A stretch of 64,000 nt of DNA from an uncultured Gemmatimonadaceae bacterium (GTDB taxonomy: Bacteria; Gemmatimonadota; Gemmatimonadetes; Gemmatimonadales; Gemmatimonadaceae), in the NCBI GenBank assembly GCA_963829055.1, contig CAWHHI010000011.1, positions 576,001 through 640,000 of the forward strand, written 5' to 3'. Below are positions 20,510-31,280 of the stretch, piece by piece; the first letter of the stretch is position 1, and every line of letters starts with the position of its first letter. A program made the translations under genes and the position numbers. The notes under the pieces are model-generated. The model did no database searches. It was given only the letters and a program-made list of their open reading frames with translations, and was not told where the DNA came from.

Positions 20510-21840
20510 ACCAATGCCTCACGTTCCGACTCGCGCCGCGCCGACTCTTTCGGCGCGGCGTCCGTGCGATAGGGAATCTCGATGTGAACCGCGAACCCGC
20601 CTGATGACGGAGAGCCAGCCTCGAAGCGATGATCGCTGCCGTAGAGCGAGAGCAGGCGCGCGCGCGTGTTCCCGAGTCCGACTCCGTCGCGATGATCGGC
20701 GCGCGGATTCTCACCGACACCGTCGTCCACCACGCTGAGCTCGAGGCGTCCATCGCGCCTCGTTGCCGTGACCATCACATGCCCCGCCGCGGCCCGCGGC
20801 GCGATGCCATGACGGATCGCGTTCTCCACGAGTGGTTGCAACATCAGGTTAGGCACCAACGCCTGCCGTGCGTCCGGGTCGATGCGAAAGTTGACGGTCA
20901 AGCGATCCTGGAAACGGATCTGCTGAATCTCGATGTAGTGCGTGAGCAGCTCCAGCTCCCTCGCGAGCGACACCTCCTGCTCGCTCGCGCTACTGAGCGA
21001 CATCCGCAGCAGCTCGCTGAGCCCCGAGATCACGCGCTCCGCCGCATGGCGATCCGTACCGATGAGGGCATTGATCGTGTTGAGCGTGTTGAACAGAAAA
21101 TGTGGATGCAACTGCAGCCTGAGACTCTGAAGTTGTGCGCGCGCGAGGCGAGCTTCCAACTGCTCCCGCTCTTCGGTCGCGCGCGAGAAGCTCGTCGCGA
21201 GGCGCTCCTGCCAGTTCGTGGCGTAGGTGGCGATGGCGCCAGCGACGGCCAGCAGCAACAGCTTTGCGCCCTCGTCGAGCGGCGACACGCGGTCCGCCTG
21301 ACTCGCGGTCACCGGGTTCAACACCGTCGGCAGGCGGCCCGCCGTGGCGAAGATCCACAGCAACGTTCCGTAGCACCCGAGGGCCATGCACGTGACGGCA
21401 GCGGCCTTCCGTGTCGACGCGGCGATGGGCAGAGCCGCGAGGATCACGAAGTACATGAGGAAGATCGGCGTCTTGAGCGCGAGCGTTGCCGACTGCGCGA
21501 ATGCATACCCGCCGATGATGGCGGTGACGGCCGCGATGTCGGCCACGGGATTCGCGACGCCGAGCCAGGCGGGAAGACGCGGATCACGATAGAACAGCTG
21601 GCTCTGGAGCAGCGTCCACCCGAGGATCGTCCCGAGCACGGAGATGTTGACGCGGTTCAGCGCCGGCGTCAGGCTCGGCGCATAGAAGAGCGCCGCGACA
21701 CCCAGCAGCACGAGCACGATCAGGCGCGCTCGATTCAACATCCGCTCGGCGCGATCCCGCTGGCGATCGAGCACGACGCGCGCCGAGTCGACGGGTTCGG
21801 TCAGTGGGCGCGGAGCGACATCGTCGACGATTGGGGCCAT
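20506..21840 (-). CDS. LytS/YehU family sensor histidine kinase
   Basis: TM N-terminus; QLHPHFLFNTLN, LQPLVENAIRHG, DDGVG, GVGLGN. Confidence 0.93.
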   Translation of the reverse strand: MAPIVDDVAPRPLTEPVDSARVVLDRQRDRAERMLNRARLIVLVLLGVAALFYAPSLTPALNRVNISVLGTILGWTLLQSQLFYRDPRLPAWLGVANPVADIAAVTAIIGGYAFAQSATLALKTPIFLMYFVILAALPIAASTRKAAAVTCMALGCYGTLLWIFATAGRLPTVLNPVTASQADRVSPLDEGAKLLLLAVAGAIATYATNWQERLATSFSRATEEREQLEARLARAQLQSLRLQLHPHFLFNTLNTINALIGTDRHAAERVISGLSELLRMSLSSASEQEVSLARELELLTHYIEIQQIRFQDRLTVNFRIDPDARQALVPNLMLQPLVENAIRHGIAPRAAAGHVMVTATRRDGRLELSVVDDGVGENPRADHRDGVGLGNTRARLLSLYGSDHRFEAGSPSSGGFAVHIEIPYRTDAAPKESARRESEREALV

Positions 21841-21989
21841 GAGTTTATTCTATCGTCGGGGATGCGGGATTGTCAGTTATGGCTTCTGGCATGGCACCAC
21901 CAGTAACACGTCATCAGTCCTCAGTCATCGGACATCAGGTTTCAGTCCCGCCTGGCGAACGGCCCCGCGCGGCCTCTCGCTGCCGGCGA

Positions 21990-23068
21990 TCAGCGCCGAA
22001 CCGCGGTGGTCTCGAGCAGCGCCTTTCTGACGGCATCGGCCTTCCCTGCCCGGCCGAGCGCCGCCCACAAGCGCTCGACGGTATCCTCGTCGACCAGCCC
22101 GGCCGGCGAGCCTAACGCCGGCAAGGAGAGCTTCTCGGCGGCACGAAACGCGTCGACGGCCGCGATCGTTTCGGGCGTGTAGATCAGCGCGTCCGGCGTA
22201 TCGCGCTTGAGCTCAGTCTCGTTAGGTCGGAAGTGGCCGAGTGCGTGCAGCATCACCTTGAGTTGCCAGAATGTCCGCGCCCGTGAACTGCTCGAGCTGG
22301 CGGAAGCCAAGCGTCTGCGAGATCGTGTTGTAGATGCGCCGGAGCTCGGCCACCGGCTCGGGGTTCTCGCAGACGTTGATGTTCGCGGTGACGCCGTCCG
22401 CGCGACGCGAGCGACCCGGCCGAGGGTCCGCGACGATGACGGCGGCGGATTGCGTGCGGCCTTTGCGCGCGTCGCCGCCCTTGGCGTGGCCCGCCGCAAT
22501 CGCGTCGATGAGGCGATCCGCGAGATGCCGCGGCGTGCCCTCGCTCGCCTCGAACGACGCCGCCACTGCCTCGATGACCTCGGGGCCAACGAGCAGATTG
22601 CCCTGCGTCACGTAATTCTTGCCGGCGCGATTGCCCGCCCAGACGCTGTTGCCCGTGCCGGTGTACTGGGCGCTCTTGCCGTTGACCGCGATGACACCGA
22701 TCTGACGCGAGATGGCCTGCGAATCCGCGGCCAGCGCACGGTCGAGCGCACGCGCCGGCTCCTCGCCCTTGGCCAGCGCGTCGAGCAGAATCTGCCCGTA
22801 CTCGGTTCGCGTGTTCGCCTGCGTCGCGACCGCACCCACGCCAGCGCGGACCCAGGGCACGCCATTGCCGACGCACGGAACGCGAGTCGTCACGGCGACG
22901 CCGACCTCGCCAGTCCGCGGGTCGATCGCCGCGATGGAGAACGTGTGGAACTCGAGCGCGTCGCGCGTCGGGCGTGCCCCACGCCGCGGGCTCCTGGGCC
23001 GCCAGGGGACGACGGCCGCCAGCGACCGTGAGAAGAGCGATGGACAGGAGAACCGGATATGAACGCAT
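21990..23068 (-). CDS. DUF1028 (Ntn-hydrolase-like) protein with C-terminal peptidoglycan-binding-like domain (two frameshifts)
   Basis: Signal peptide; HTFSIAAID, GVGAVATQA, QGNLL, GGDARKG.QSAA, PVAELRR. Confidence 0.82.
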
Positions 23069-23268
23069 GAGGTGGCCTTGGGAGGAGCGAGTTCGGCCGA
23101 CGATGATGAAGATGGACACCGGGGCTGGATAGGCTCGCCGGTCAGGACGACCGAGGGCCGGGGGTGAAAAGCGATACTTTGGTGCTGGACCGATCGGTCG
23201 CAGGGACATAACGTAGCGGGCCGCCTTGTCTGGGCGGAGAGTCGCATCTTCTCACCGGAGGAGCCTTC

Positions 23269-24742
23269 ATGGTCAAGTACGCAGTCCTCGGCGCGTTGCT
23301 CGTCGGCGTTGCCGCATGTCAGGACTCCACGTCGCCGCGTGCCACCGCGGAATCGCCGTCTCGATTGCCAGCTGGCGTGAGCGCGTCGCAGGGCGCCGCG
23401 CAGAATGACTACATCGTCACGTTGCGGGACGACGAGCCGGATCCGGACGGTCAGGCGAATGCGCTGGTGAAGGCGCATGGCGGCTCGCTCAAGCACGTCT
23501 ACCGCGCGGCGCTCAAGGGATTCGCGGTCGGCAACCTGCCGGATGCCGCGGTCGAAGCGCTGCAGCGCAATCCGCGCGTCGCGAGCATCGAGCGGGATGG
23601 CATCATGACAGCGGACGGATCAGGAACTCAGACGGGCGCAACGTGGGGGATCGACCGTATCGATCAGCGGGATCGCCCCGTTGACGGCGTCTACAACTAT
23701 GATGCGGACGGGTACGGGCGTCACCGCGTACATCATCGACACGGGCATCCGCATCACGCATAGCGAGTTCGTTGGACGCGCGAGCAGTGGGTACACCGCG
23801 ATCAACGATGGGAATGGTACGAACGATTGCAACGGGCACGGTACCCACGTCGCCGGCACGGTTGGTGGATCGACGTACGGTGTCGCGCAGAACGTGACGC
23901 TGGTGGCGGTCCGCGTGCTCGATTGCAGCGGGAGCGGCTCGCACGTCGGGCGTCATTGCCGGAATCGACTGGGTGACGGCAAACGCGCATGCGCCGACGC
24001 GGTCGCGAACATGAGCCTCGGCGGAGGATTTTCGTCGGCGCTCAACACCGCGGTCGCGAACTCGGTCGCTGCCGGCGTGACGTACGCGTTGGCCGCTGGC
24101 AACAGCAACGCGAACGCGTGCAACTACTCGCCGTCCAGCGACGCCTAACGCGATCACGGTCGGCGCGACGACGAGCACTGACGCCAAGTCGTCGTTCTCG
24201 AACTACGGTACCTGCGTCGATATCAACGCGCCGGGGTCGTCGATCACGTCGTCCTGGAATACGAGCGACGTCGCGACGAACACGATCAGCGGGACGTCGA
24301 TGGCATCGCCGCACGTGGCGGGAGCGGCAGCGGCGTACCTATCCGCGCACCTCAATTCGACCCCGGCTGCGGTCGCGACCGCGCTCACGAGCGCCGCAAC
24401 GACCGGGCACGTCACGGGTTGCCTGCCGGCACACCGAACCTGCTGCTCTACACGCATTTCAGCGGCGGCGGTAGCACAGCCACCACCGTCCGGCCCAGTC
24501 GCGAGCTTCACGAAGTCGCTGCAACGAATTCACGTGCACGTTCACGCAGCACGTCGACCGGGTCATGCCGTCGTACGCTGTGGACGTTCGGCGACGGACA
24601 GACCGGATCGACGACGAGCTCAGTCGACCCGCACGACTACGGCCCGCCAGAGCGGACGGTTACACTGACGGTCATCGCAACGACGGCCGGGAGCACGAGC
24701 ACCTCACAGACCGTGAGCTGCAACCCGAAGAAGTGCCAGTAA
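23269..24742 (+). CDS. S8 subtilisin/aqualysin-like serine protease lipoprotein with I9 propeptide and PKD-like tail (several frameshifts)
   Basis: Lipobox [46 protein letters not shown] pieced across frames. Confidence 0.88.
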
Positions 24743-24774
24743 TGCAGTAGTCTGGAACGCTAGCCACTGAACAG

Positions 24775-24815
24775 AAGACCTCGGAGCGCCTAACAGGCTC
24801 CGAGGTCTTTCGTTT
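24775..24815 (+). terminator. Rho-independent terminator-like hairpin
   Basis: Perfect 13-bp stem AAGACCTCGGAGC/GCTCCGAGGTCTT, 9-nt loop GCCTAACAG, T-rich tail, just after the S8 stop. Confidence 0.75.
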
Positions 24816-25057
24816 GGTCAAGTGCGAGTCGCGGGCGAAAGGCATCGCGATCGGTCACGCCAGTAACCATGTCGTGAGTCGTGAGTCGTCGGTCATCCGA
24901 GTTTTCAGTCTCGCCTGGCGAAAGGCTACGAACCGCCACTGCTGCGGTGCTACTCATGACTCGACTGATGACTGATGACCCACGACTGGCCGACTGAGAA
25001 CTCACGACAGGCACGAACGTCCGCGATGGCAGCCCTCTCGGGTCCTCGCACGATCGC

Positions 25058-26219
25058 CTAACTCGAGAACCGCGTCATGCGGAACATTGACAGATCGTAC
25101 CGCGGCTGCCGAGCCGGTCACGAGGTCGACTACGATCTCGCCGACCGCCGTCGCGAACTTGAAGCCGTGGCCCGAGCACGCGCTGACGACCACCACCCGA
25201 TTCGAGTGCACGGGGTGGACGTCCACGATGAAGTGCAGGTCCGGAGTATTCGTGTAGAGGCACACCTGCGATTCGCGCAGGCGCCCCTTCGCGTGAGGCA
25301 TGAAGCGACGGAGCAGGTCGGTCGCCTGCGCATCCTCGGCCGTCGACGTGCGCCGGTCCACCTGGTCCGGATCCACGGGCCGTCCCTGATAGTGCACGCC
25401 CGCCTTTACCCCGTCGCCAAAGTCCGGCAGCGTGTAGAACACGCGGTCCGGGCCATACTCCCAGAGCGTCACCGGGCAGCGCTGCGGCGTGAAGTCCGCG
25501 TCGTGCGACGCCGGCTCGAACCAGTGGATGGGCTGCCTAACGACGCTCAGCACGCCCGTCAGCTCCGGCACGAGCTGGCCCATCCACGCACCCCCCGCGA
25601 GCACCAGCTGGCCCGCGCGATACTCCCCGCGGGTCGTCGTGACGCGCACACCGTCGTCGGCGGCCTCCCACGACACCACCGCCTCATCACGGAGCAGCTC
25701 AGCGCCGGCGTTCGTCGCGCGCGCGAGCATCGCCGTGATGCAGTCCTCCGGGAAGAGGACACCCGCTCGTTCCTCGAGCACGCCGACCATGTCGTCCAGC
25801 GGCTGAAGCACCGGGAACTGACGACGAACGCCAGTCGCCGAGAGGACCTGATGCGGCACCTTGAACGCCGCCGCGCTCGCGCGGGCGCCGCGCACGAGCG
25901 TGCCGTCCTCCGGGCCAATGGTGATGCCGCGCGTCTTCACGTACAGCGGACGACCGATCGACCGCTCGAGCTCACGCCAGAGGTCGAACGCGCGGCGCAC
26001 GACTGGCACGTACGCCGGATGCTCGAAGTACGCTTCGCGAATGATCCGCGTACGCCCGTGCGATGAGCCGAGCGTGTGCGGCGGAGCGAACCGGTCGATG
26101 CCTAACACGCGACGCGCCGGCTGCCCGGGACGCGTGAGCGAATACACGGACGCGCTCCCCATCGCGCCGAGTCCAACGACGATCACGTCGAACGGCCGGT
26201 CGGCGCGCGAGGCGGTCAC
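25058..26219 (-). CDS. solA: N-methyl-L-tryptophan / monomeric sarcosine oxidase family FAD oxidase (frameshift near 25105)
   Basis: DVIVVGLGAMGS, GSSHGRTRIIREAYFEHP, CLYTNTPD, CSGHGFKF. Confidence 0.88.
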
Positions 26220-26233
26220 AGGATAGATGGTCG

Positions 26234-27179
26234 TCAGAGCGTGAAATGGATGCCAGCGCCGTAATAGCGAACGTCGCGACGGAAGAACTGGCCGTAGGGC
26301 GACGGCCCGTCGTACGCCTCGAAGAGGAGCCCCCACCGTCGTCCCGGCGGATCGGTGTCGCGCGGGCGGTCGAATTCGAAGCCGGTGCGGACGCTGACTG
26401 CCGGCTTCCAATCCTGTTCCTCCGATGCCTTCACGTCCGCGGCGGCAACGAAGCGCACGCCGGCAACGGTGCCGAACCGCGCGAGCCGACGCGATGGACG
26501 AAGCTCGAGCCCGCCGTGCAGGAGCGAACGCTCGAGGTCTTCCGGATCGCGGCGCAGCAGATACTCGCCTCCGCCGTACACGCGCACCGGACCACCGTCG
26601 ACGGACAGGATCAACTCGGCGGACTCGAACGAGAATGTTCTCGCGCACGAACGTCGGGTTGTCTTCGCGGAGGAGAAACTCGTCGCCCAGATGCGAGCTC
26701 TGATGGTAGAGACGAAATCGCGTCGAGAACGCGCCGCTCCGGAACGTGATCGGCAGGCCGATGATGTAGTCGGCATTGATCAGGTCGTACGACGAGACAT
26801 CGAGATCGAACTGCGCGAACACACTGCCGGCGATGCTGATCTGGAACCCGTTGCCCGCCTTCGACCCGCCAATGCGTACGAGCGCGAACGCATCGCTGAT
26901 GCCGACCGACCCGACATCCCCGTCGCCCTCGTCAGTGCGTTCGCGCAGGTAGCTCACGAACGATCGTTGACCTTTGGGATCCGCGAGCAGCGGACAGAAC
27001 ACATCTCCACGCGGCAGCGGCACGTACCCCGCCACCTCGCCCGACGGAATGCCGACGCCACACCGTGACGGGACGGGAAGCTCTGCCTGCGCGCCGACAT
27101 TCCTTGGAGCCCCCACCCAGCCGACCGCGATGGCGAGCGACAGGATCGCCAACGCCTTCACTCCGCGACGAACGTGCAT
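26234..27179 (-). CDS. DUF1207 family exported/outer-membrane protein (frameshift near 26635)
   Basis: PLLADPK, FAQFD...DLINADY, RLYHQSSHLGDEF, YDGPSPYGQF. Confidence 0.8.
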
Positions 27180-27279
27180 CCGCCCTCCGCTACTGTTCGC
27201 TGTTGAGCTGTTCGCTACCCAACCGGATCAATCGGGTCGACCAGAGCTGTCGTTAGGTCGGCCGCGACCGACCGTCCGC

Positions 27280-27522
27280 TCACGCTGACGGTCGCCCAGT
27301 CGGGGCATTTGGCGCGCCACCGCTGCGGCCACCGACGTGCTTGCGCGCCATCCAGATGGCGACCGCGAGCCCCACGCCGGTCACCCCGAACAGGAACACG
27401 AGCGCGGCCCCGACCGTCTGACCAGCCTGTGCGAGCATGTAGCCGCGGTACATGAAGAAAAGGCCGAACACCAGCGCGAACGCGGCGAGGAATGGGAGCG
27501 CGAGGAGCGATAGGCGGCGCAT
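27280..27522 (-). CDS. Small two-TM membrane protein
   Basis: 80 aa with two hydrophobic helices. Confidence 0.6.
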   Translation of the reverse strand: MRRLSLLALPFLAAFALVFGLFFMYRGYMLAQAGQTVGAALVFLFGVTGVGLAVAIWMARKHVGGRSGGAPNAPTGRPSA

Positions 27523-27697
27523 ACGTGGCGGGCGGAATGAGGGTCCGAAAACGGGTCGTCGCGGGCATCGAGCAACTAGCCCAGAAGCTAGCAGTCGATC
27601 ACTCGACCGGCACGTCAGAGCTCAGAAATCGTTCCGGAAAAAAGCGATGGCGCAACGCCAGCCGAGCAACGCCGACGGGAACCGGATCGTTCGCGAA

Positions 27698-28918
27698 TCA
27701 CCCAACGTCCTCCGACGAGATATCGGGGTCGACGACCACCGTCGGCGCGCGCTTCGTCTCGACGCCTGGCGTGTCCGCCTTCACACCGGTCGCCCCTTCA
27801 TCGTCGCGCTTCTCCCCGCCAATCTCGGCGAGCGCGTCCGACGCGATCCACCCGTGCATGGCCGCGTGTTTTGCGACGGCGAGCGTGTCGTCAGCAAGCA
27901 CGAGCGTCGATCCTGCCTGCTCGATCTCGCGTGCGAGCGCTTCGATGCGCGACAGGCGCTCTGCATGCGGTGTCACGTTGCGAATGTACACGGCCTTCAC
28001 GCGGCCCGGCCGCTCGCGCACGAGCTCCGCGTAGATCTCCGGATCCTCCTGGCCGCTGTCACCAACGAGCAGAAACGGCATTTCCGGGTAGGTGTCGAAG
28101 ATCTCGCGAATCACCGTGCCCTTGTGCCGCGCGTGGCGCTCCGAGAGCCGACCCAGATCCCAGTCACGCAGCAGCAGCGGACCGGTTGGTATCCGCTGCG
28201 CCTCGAGAAACCCGTCGATGACGTCGTACAGATTCCACGGGCTGCTCGACACGTAGAAGATGGGATTCGCTTCCGCGCCAGTCGCGCCACGCTCGAGCGC
28301 TCGATAGAACGCGGCGACTCCTGGGAACGGGAGGCGTGTCAGCGCGTTCTCGAGCAGCACCATGCGCGCCGCCCGGAGGAAGCTCGTGACCTCCGACTGG
28401 AGCACCGTGTCATCCATGTCGCTCACGACCCCGAACGTCGCCGTCGGCGCGGGCGTGAGGATGCGCGTCGTGGCGCGAACCGGAACGGCGTTAGGCGGGT
28501 CGGCCAGGTCGAGCGACACGGTGTGCCAGCCGTGCGGCGTGAACGGCGCGTCGGTCGCCGCGAGCCAGCGACGCAGGAAGCCTTCGTTGTCGGCGATGAT
28601 CTCGTCGTGCCCGGCGTGCGTCGACGCGGCCGGGCGCGCGCGAACCCGGGCGAATGGCAGTGGATCGCTCTCCATGCGCCGCAGCGAGGAGATCAGATTG
28701 CGCCACCGCGACTGGCTGGGATCTGGCGCGCGGACTCCTTCGTCCTGCAGCACGCGTCCGAGCACGAGCGCCCGATCGGCGGTGCCGTACCCGCGATACC
28801 CGACGATCTGGATGGGGTCGCGATCGATCGCGCGGCCGATGGCGCCGGCGGTGCGCCGGGCTTGCCACGCGAGCTCGCCGAAAACACCAAGGAGGTCGTC
28901 ACGCCAGTGGGCCGCCAT
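27698..28918 (-). CDS. App1 / DUF2183 phosphatidate phosphatase-like protein
   Basis: VSDMDDTV, FYVSSSPWNLY, GPLLLRD, LVGDSGQEDPEIY, VYIR. Confidence 0.9.
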   Translation of the reverse strand: MAAHWRDDLLGVFGELAWQARRTAGAIGRAIDRDPIQIVGYRGYGTADRALVLGRVLQDEGVRAPDPSQSRWRNLISSLRRMESDPLPFARVRARPAASTHAGHDEIIADNEGFLRRWLAATDAPFTPHGWHTVSLDLADPPNAVPVRATTRILTPAPTATFGVVSDMDDTVLQSEVTSFLRAARMVLLENALTRLPFPGVAAFYRALERGATGAEANPIFYVSSSPWNLYDVIDGFLEAQRIPTGPLLLRDWDLGRLSERHARHKGTVIREIFDTYPEMPFLLVGDSGQEDPEIYAELVRERPGRVKAVYIRNVTPHAERLSRIEALAREIEQAGSTLVLADDTLAVAKHAAMHGWIASDALAEIGGEKRDDEGATGVKADTPGVETKRAPTVVVDPDISSEDVG

Positions 28919-29129
28919 GCTGGAAGATTACTGGGGTGTACCATGGGTTCGGTAACGCGTCTCCGCCGGCATCTCAGACGAACGGAGCGCACGGATTCGA
29001 CCGATCCAACGGATTGACTCCTCTGTCATCCCGAGGTGCGCGGGAATCCGGCGTGCGGAAGCATGACGAAGACCTTCTCGATCATTCTCGGGTGGGTCCG
29101 TTCACGCGAATACGGTTGGGTCTCTAAAT

Positions 29130-29388
29130 CCAACAGCGACGCAGAATACGCAGGCGCGCTGGGCGCGCAACGCAGAAGGACGCAGAAAACTGCAACTCAT
29201 GTTCGAGACAGCCCGCATCTCGGCGGGCCGTGAAAAAGGGGAACGACCTCCGGACGCACTGGCCCGCCCGAGGTCGTTCCCCTTTTCAAAGGCCTGGCGC
29301 ACCGCCGGCGTCCCGAGCGGCCGTTTTCTGCGTCCTTCTGCGTTGCGGCCGCGAAGCGGCCGCCTGCGTATTTCTGCGTCGCTGTTGG
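29130..29388. repeat. Palindromic MITE-like element, family B
   Basis: TIR CCAACAGCGACGCAGAA/TTCTGCGTCGCTGTTGG; inner IRs CGCAGAAGGACGCAGAAA and AAAAGGGGAACGACCTC. Confidence 0.88.
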
Positions 29389-29569
29389 GATCGCGCGTTC
29401 CACTCTGCTCCACGGCGCGTCCAGCCCTTGCCCGGGATGACAAAGCGTCTCGTGACATGGAATCAATCCGCTCGATCCCCAGCATCCGTGTGCCGTCCGT
29501 CCGGCCTGCCTAACGCTGCAGGCCGACGGCAGGCTGTCACGTTACGCGTGCGTTACGCGTGCGCGCCGC

Positions 29570-30334
29570 TCACGTGCGGAAGGCACTCGCGAGCACAGGC
29601 AGCGCACCCGCCAGCCATATCACGACGCCCGCGATCGCCGCCTTACCTCGACTGATCTTTCCTGTCACGGCCAGCCCGATCACGAGGAGGACGGTCACCC
29701 AGATCGTGAACAGGTCGATGCGGCCCAGCAAGCCGAGCACGACGGGCGACGTCGTGTCGGCATCCAGGAATCGCCCGATGCCGAGCGACAGACTGAAGCG
29801 GTTGTCGAGCGAGTCAGGATCGACGAACAGGCCCTGCACGCGCGCCACCACGCCTTCCACGATGCGCGGCACGTAGGAGAACGTCGCGACGACCATCGCC
29901 GCGTTCAGCGTCTGCTTCGCGTCGAAAAACTTTCCGACGACCCACAGCACGAACCCGATGAACAGCATGGCGATCGGCGGCCCGACGAACGCGCCGACGA
30001 GCGCGAACTTCGTGGCGAATTTGGACGCTGCGGCGATCTGGTCAGGCGTGAGCTTGTTGCCCTGGGCGCTCTGAGCCATCCCGCGCGCGAACTCCGCCTC
30101 CATGATCGGCTCGAACACATCGCGGTTGGCGAGGAACAGGCCTCCCACGATCACCGTGATGATGATCAGCGGAACCCAGAAGTCGCGGTTCGCGCGTCGA
30201 GCGAACACGGACGACGGCGAATAGAAGATGTCCATGAAGTCGTCGAGCAACGACGACTTCTCGGCTTTTGCGGGCGGTGCGGACGGCGGAGAGTCGATTC
30301 CGGGGCCGCGGTCGGACGTCGAGGGTTGGGTCAT
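29570..30334 (-). CDS. Yip1 family membrane protein
   Basis: DIFYSPSSVF...WVPL, multiple TM helices, IDLFTIW. Confidence 0.8.
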   Translation of the reverse strand: MTQPSTSDRGPGIDSPPSAPPAKAEKSSLLDDFMDIFYSPSSVFARRANRDFWVPLIIITVIVGGLFLANRDVFEPIMEAEFARGMAQSAQGNKLTPDQIAAASKFATKFALVGAFVGPPIAMLFIGFVLWVVGKFFDAKQTLNAAMVVATFSYVPRIVEGVVARVQGLFVDPDSLDNRFSLSLGIGRFLDADTTSPVVLGLLGRIDLFTIWVTVLLVIGLAVTGKISRGKAAIAGVVIWLAGALPVLASAFRT

Positions 30335-30520
30335 GGCTCGGTGGCGAGGGCGTTGGGAAGATGGAGCGCCCGTCCACATGTGTCCAGCATCCGTCCAGCG
30401 TACGCGCCCGTCACGCGCCGCCGTCACCCGAGAGGGCGGAACGAAATGTGGGGAGGACAGCGTGGCGTTCAGCCCCGCGCCTCCCCTCGACACATTGCCG
30501 GAAACGTTAGGCTGTGAAGA

Positions 30521-31126
30521 CTACCGCCGTGCAGTCGTCCGCTTCGCCCGTGTGGACCGCTTCGTCGCGCCGGCGCGGCGCGCTCCGCCGCTGCGACCGT
30601 TCATACCGCCGCTCTCGCTCATCTCGTCATCATCCGCCTGCTCGGCTTCGATGTTGATCGAGCTCTCGGCCAGCGACGACAACAGCTTGTCCGTCTCGCC
30701 TTCCTCGTCGAGCGTCTGCTGGAGCAACGTTGCCTGCTCTTCCTCGCCGAGCTGGCGCGCGTACGTGCGCACTGTGCCGTAGCCAGCGATCTCGTAATGC
30801 TCCACGCGCTGCGCGGCCGCGATCAGCCCCGCATCGAGCACCTCGGGCTCCGGACGCTCCTTGATCAACTCCTGCCCTTCCTCGAGCAGACCCTCCATCC
30901 CCTTGCACTTCTTCCCGCGCGTCGACTCGTCGAGAAGCTTGAAGATCCGTTCGAGCCGCTTCACGTGCTGTTGTGTCTGCCGCTCGTGCTGCGTGAACGC
31001 GCGTTTCAAGTCGCTATTCGACGCCGCTTTGATCATCCTCGGCAGCGCTTTCAGGATCTGAGTCTCGGCGCTGTAGAGATCCTTGAGCTCTTCCACGTAG
31101 AGCTCACGCAAGGAATTCATCTGCAC
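30521..31126 (-). CDS. Ferritin-like DUF892 (YciE/YciF) protein
   Basis: ELKDLYSAETQ, CKGMEGL, AQRVEHYEIAGYGT, TLDEE.ETD; GGAGG RBS. Confidence 0.92.
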   Translation of the reverse strand: MQMNSLRELYVEELKDLYSAETQILKALPRMIKAASNSDLKRAFTQHERQTQQHVKRLERIFKLLDESTRGKKCKGMEGLLEEGQELIKERPEPEVLDAGLIAAAQRVEHYEIAGYGTVRTYARQLGEEEQATLLQQTLDEEGETDKLLSSLAESSINIEAEQADDDEMSESGGMNGRSGGARRAGATKRSTRAKRTTARR

Positions 31127-31280
31127 GGTGACGCCTCCGGACCAGTGAGTGGATGGTTCGACGACCCCGCGTCGTCGACACATCACTCGCTAGTGCAATG
31201 GCGGGGCCCGCAGCGGACATTCTGCCCGGATGCGATCCACTATCAGTGGACCAACATCGAGATCATCGAGGACGACATCA

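Noticed and set aside
25002..27179. 725-aa ORF that looks like a DUF1207-sarcosine oxidase fusion
   Set aside because: A frameshift near 26635 joins two separate genes; the DUF1207 C-terminus and stop are in another frame (26234).
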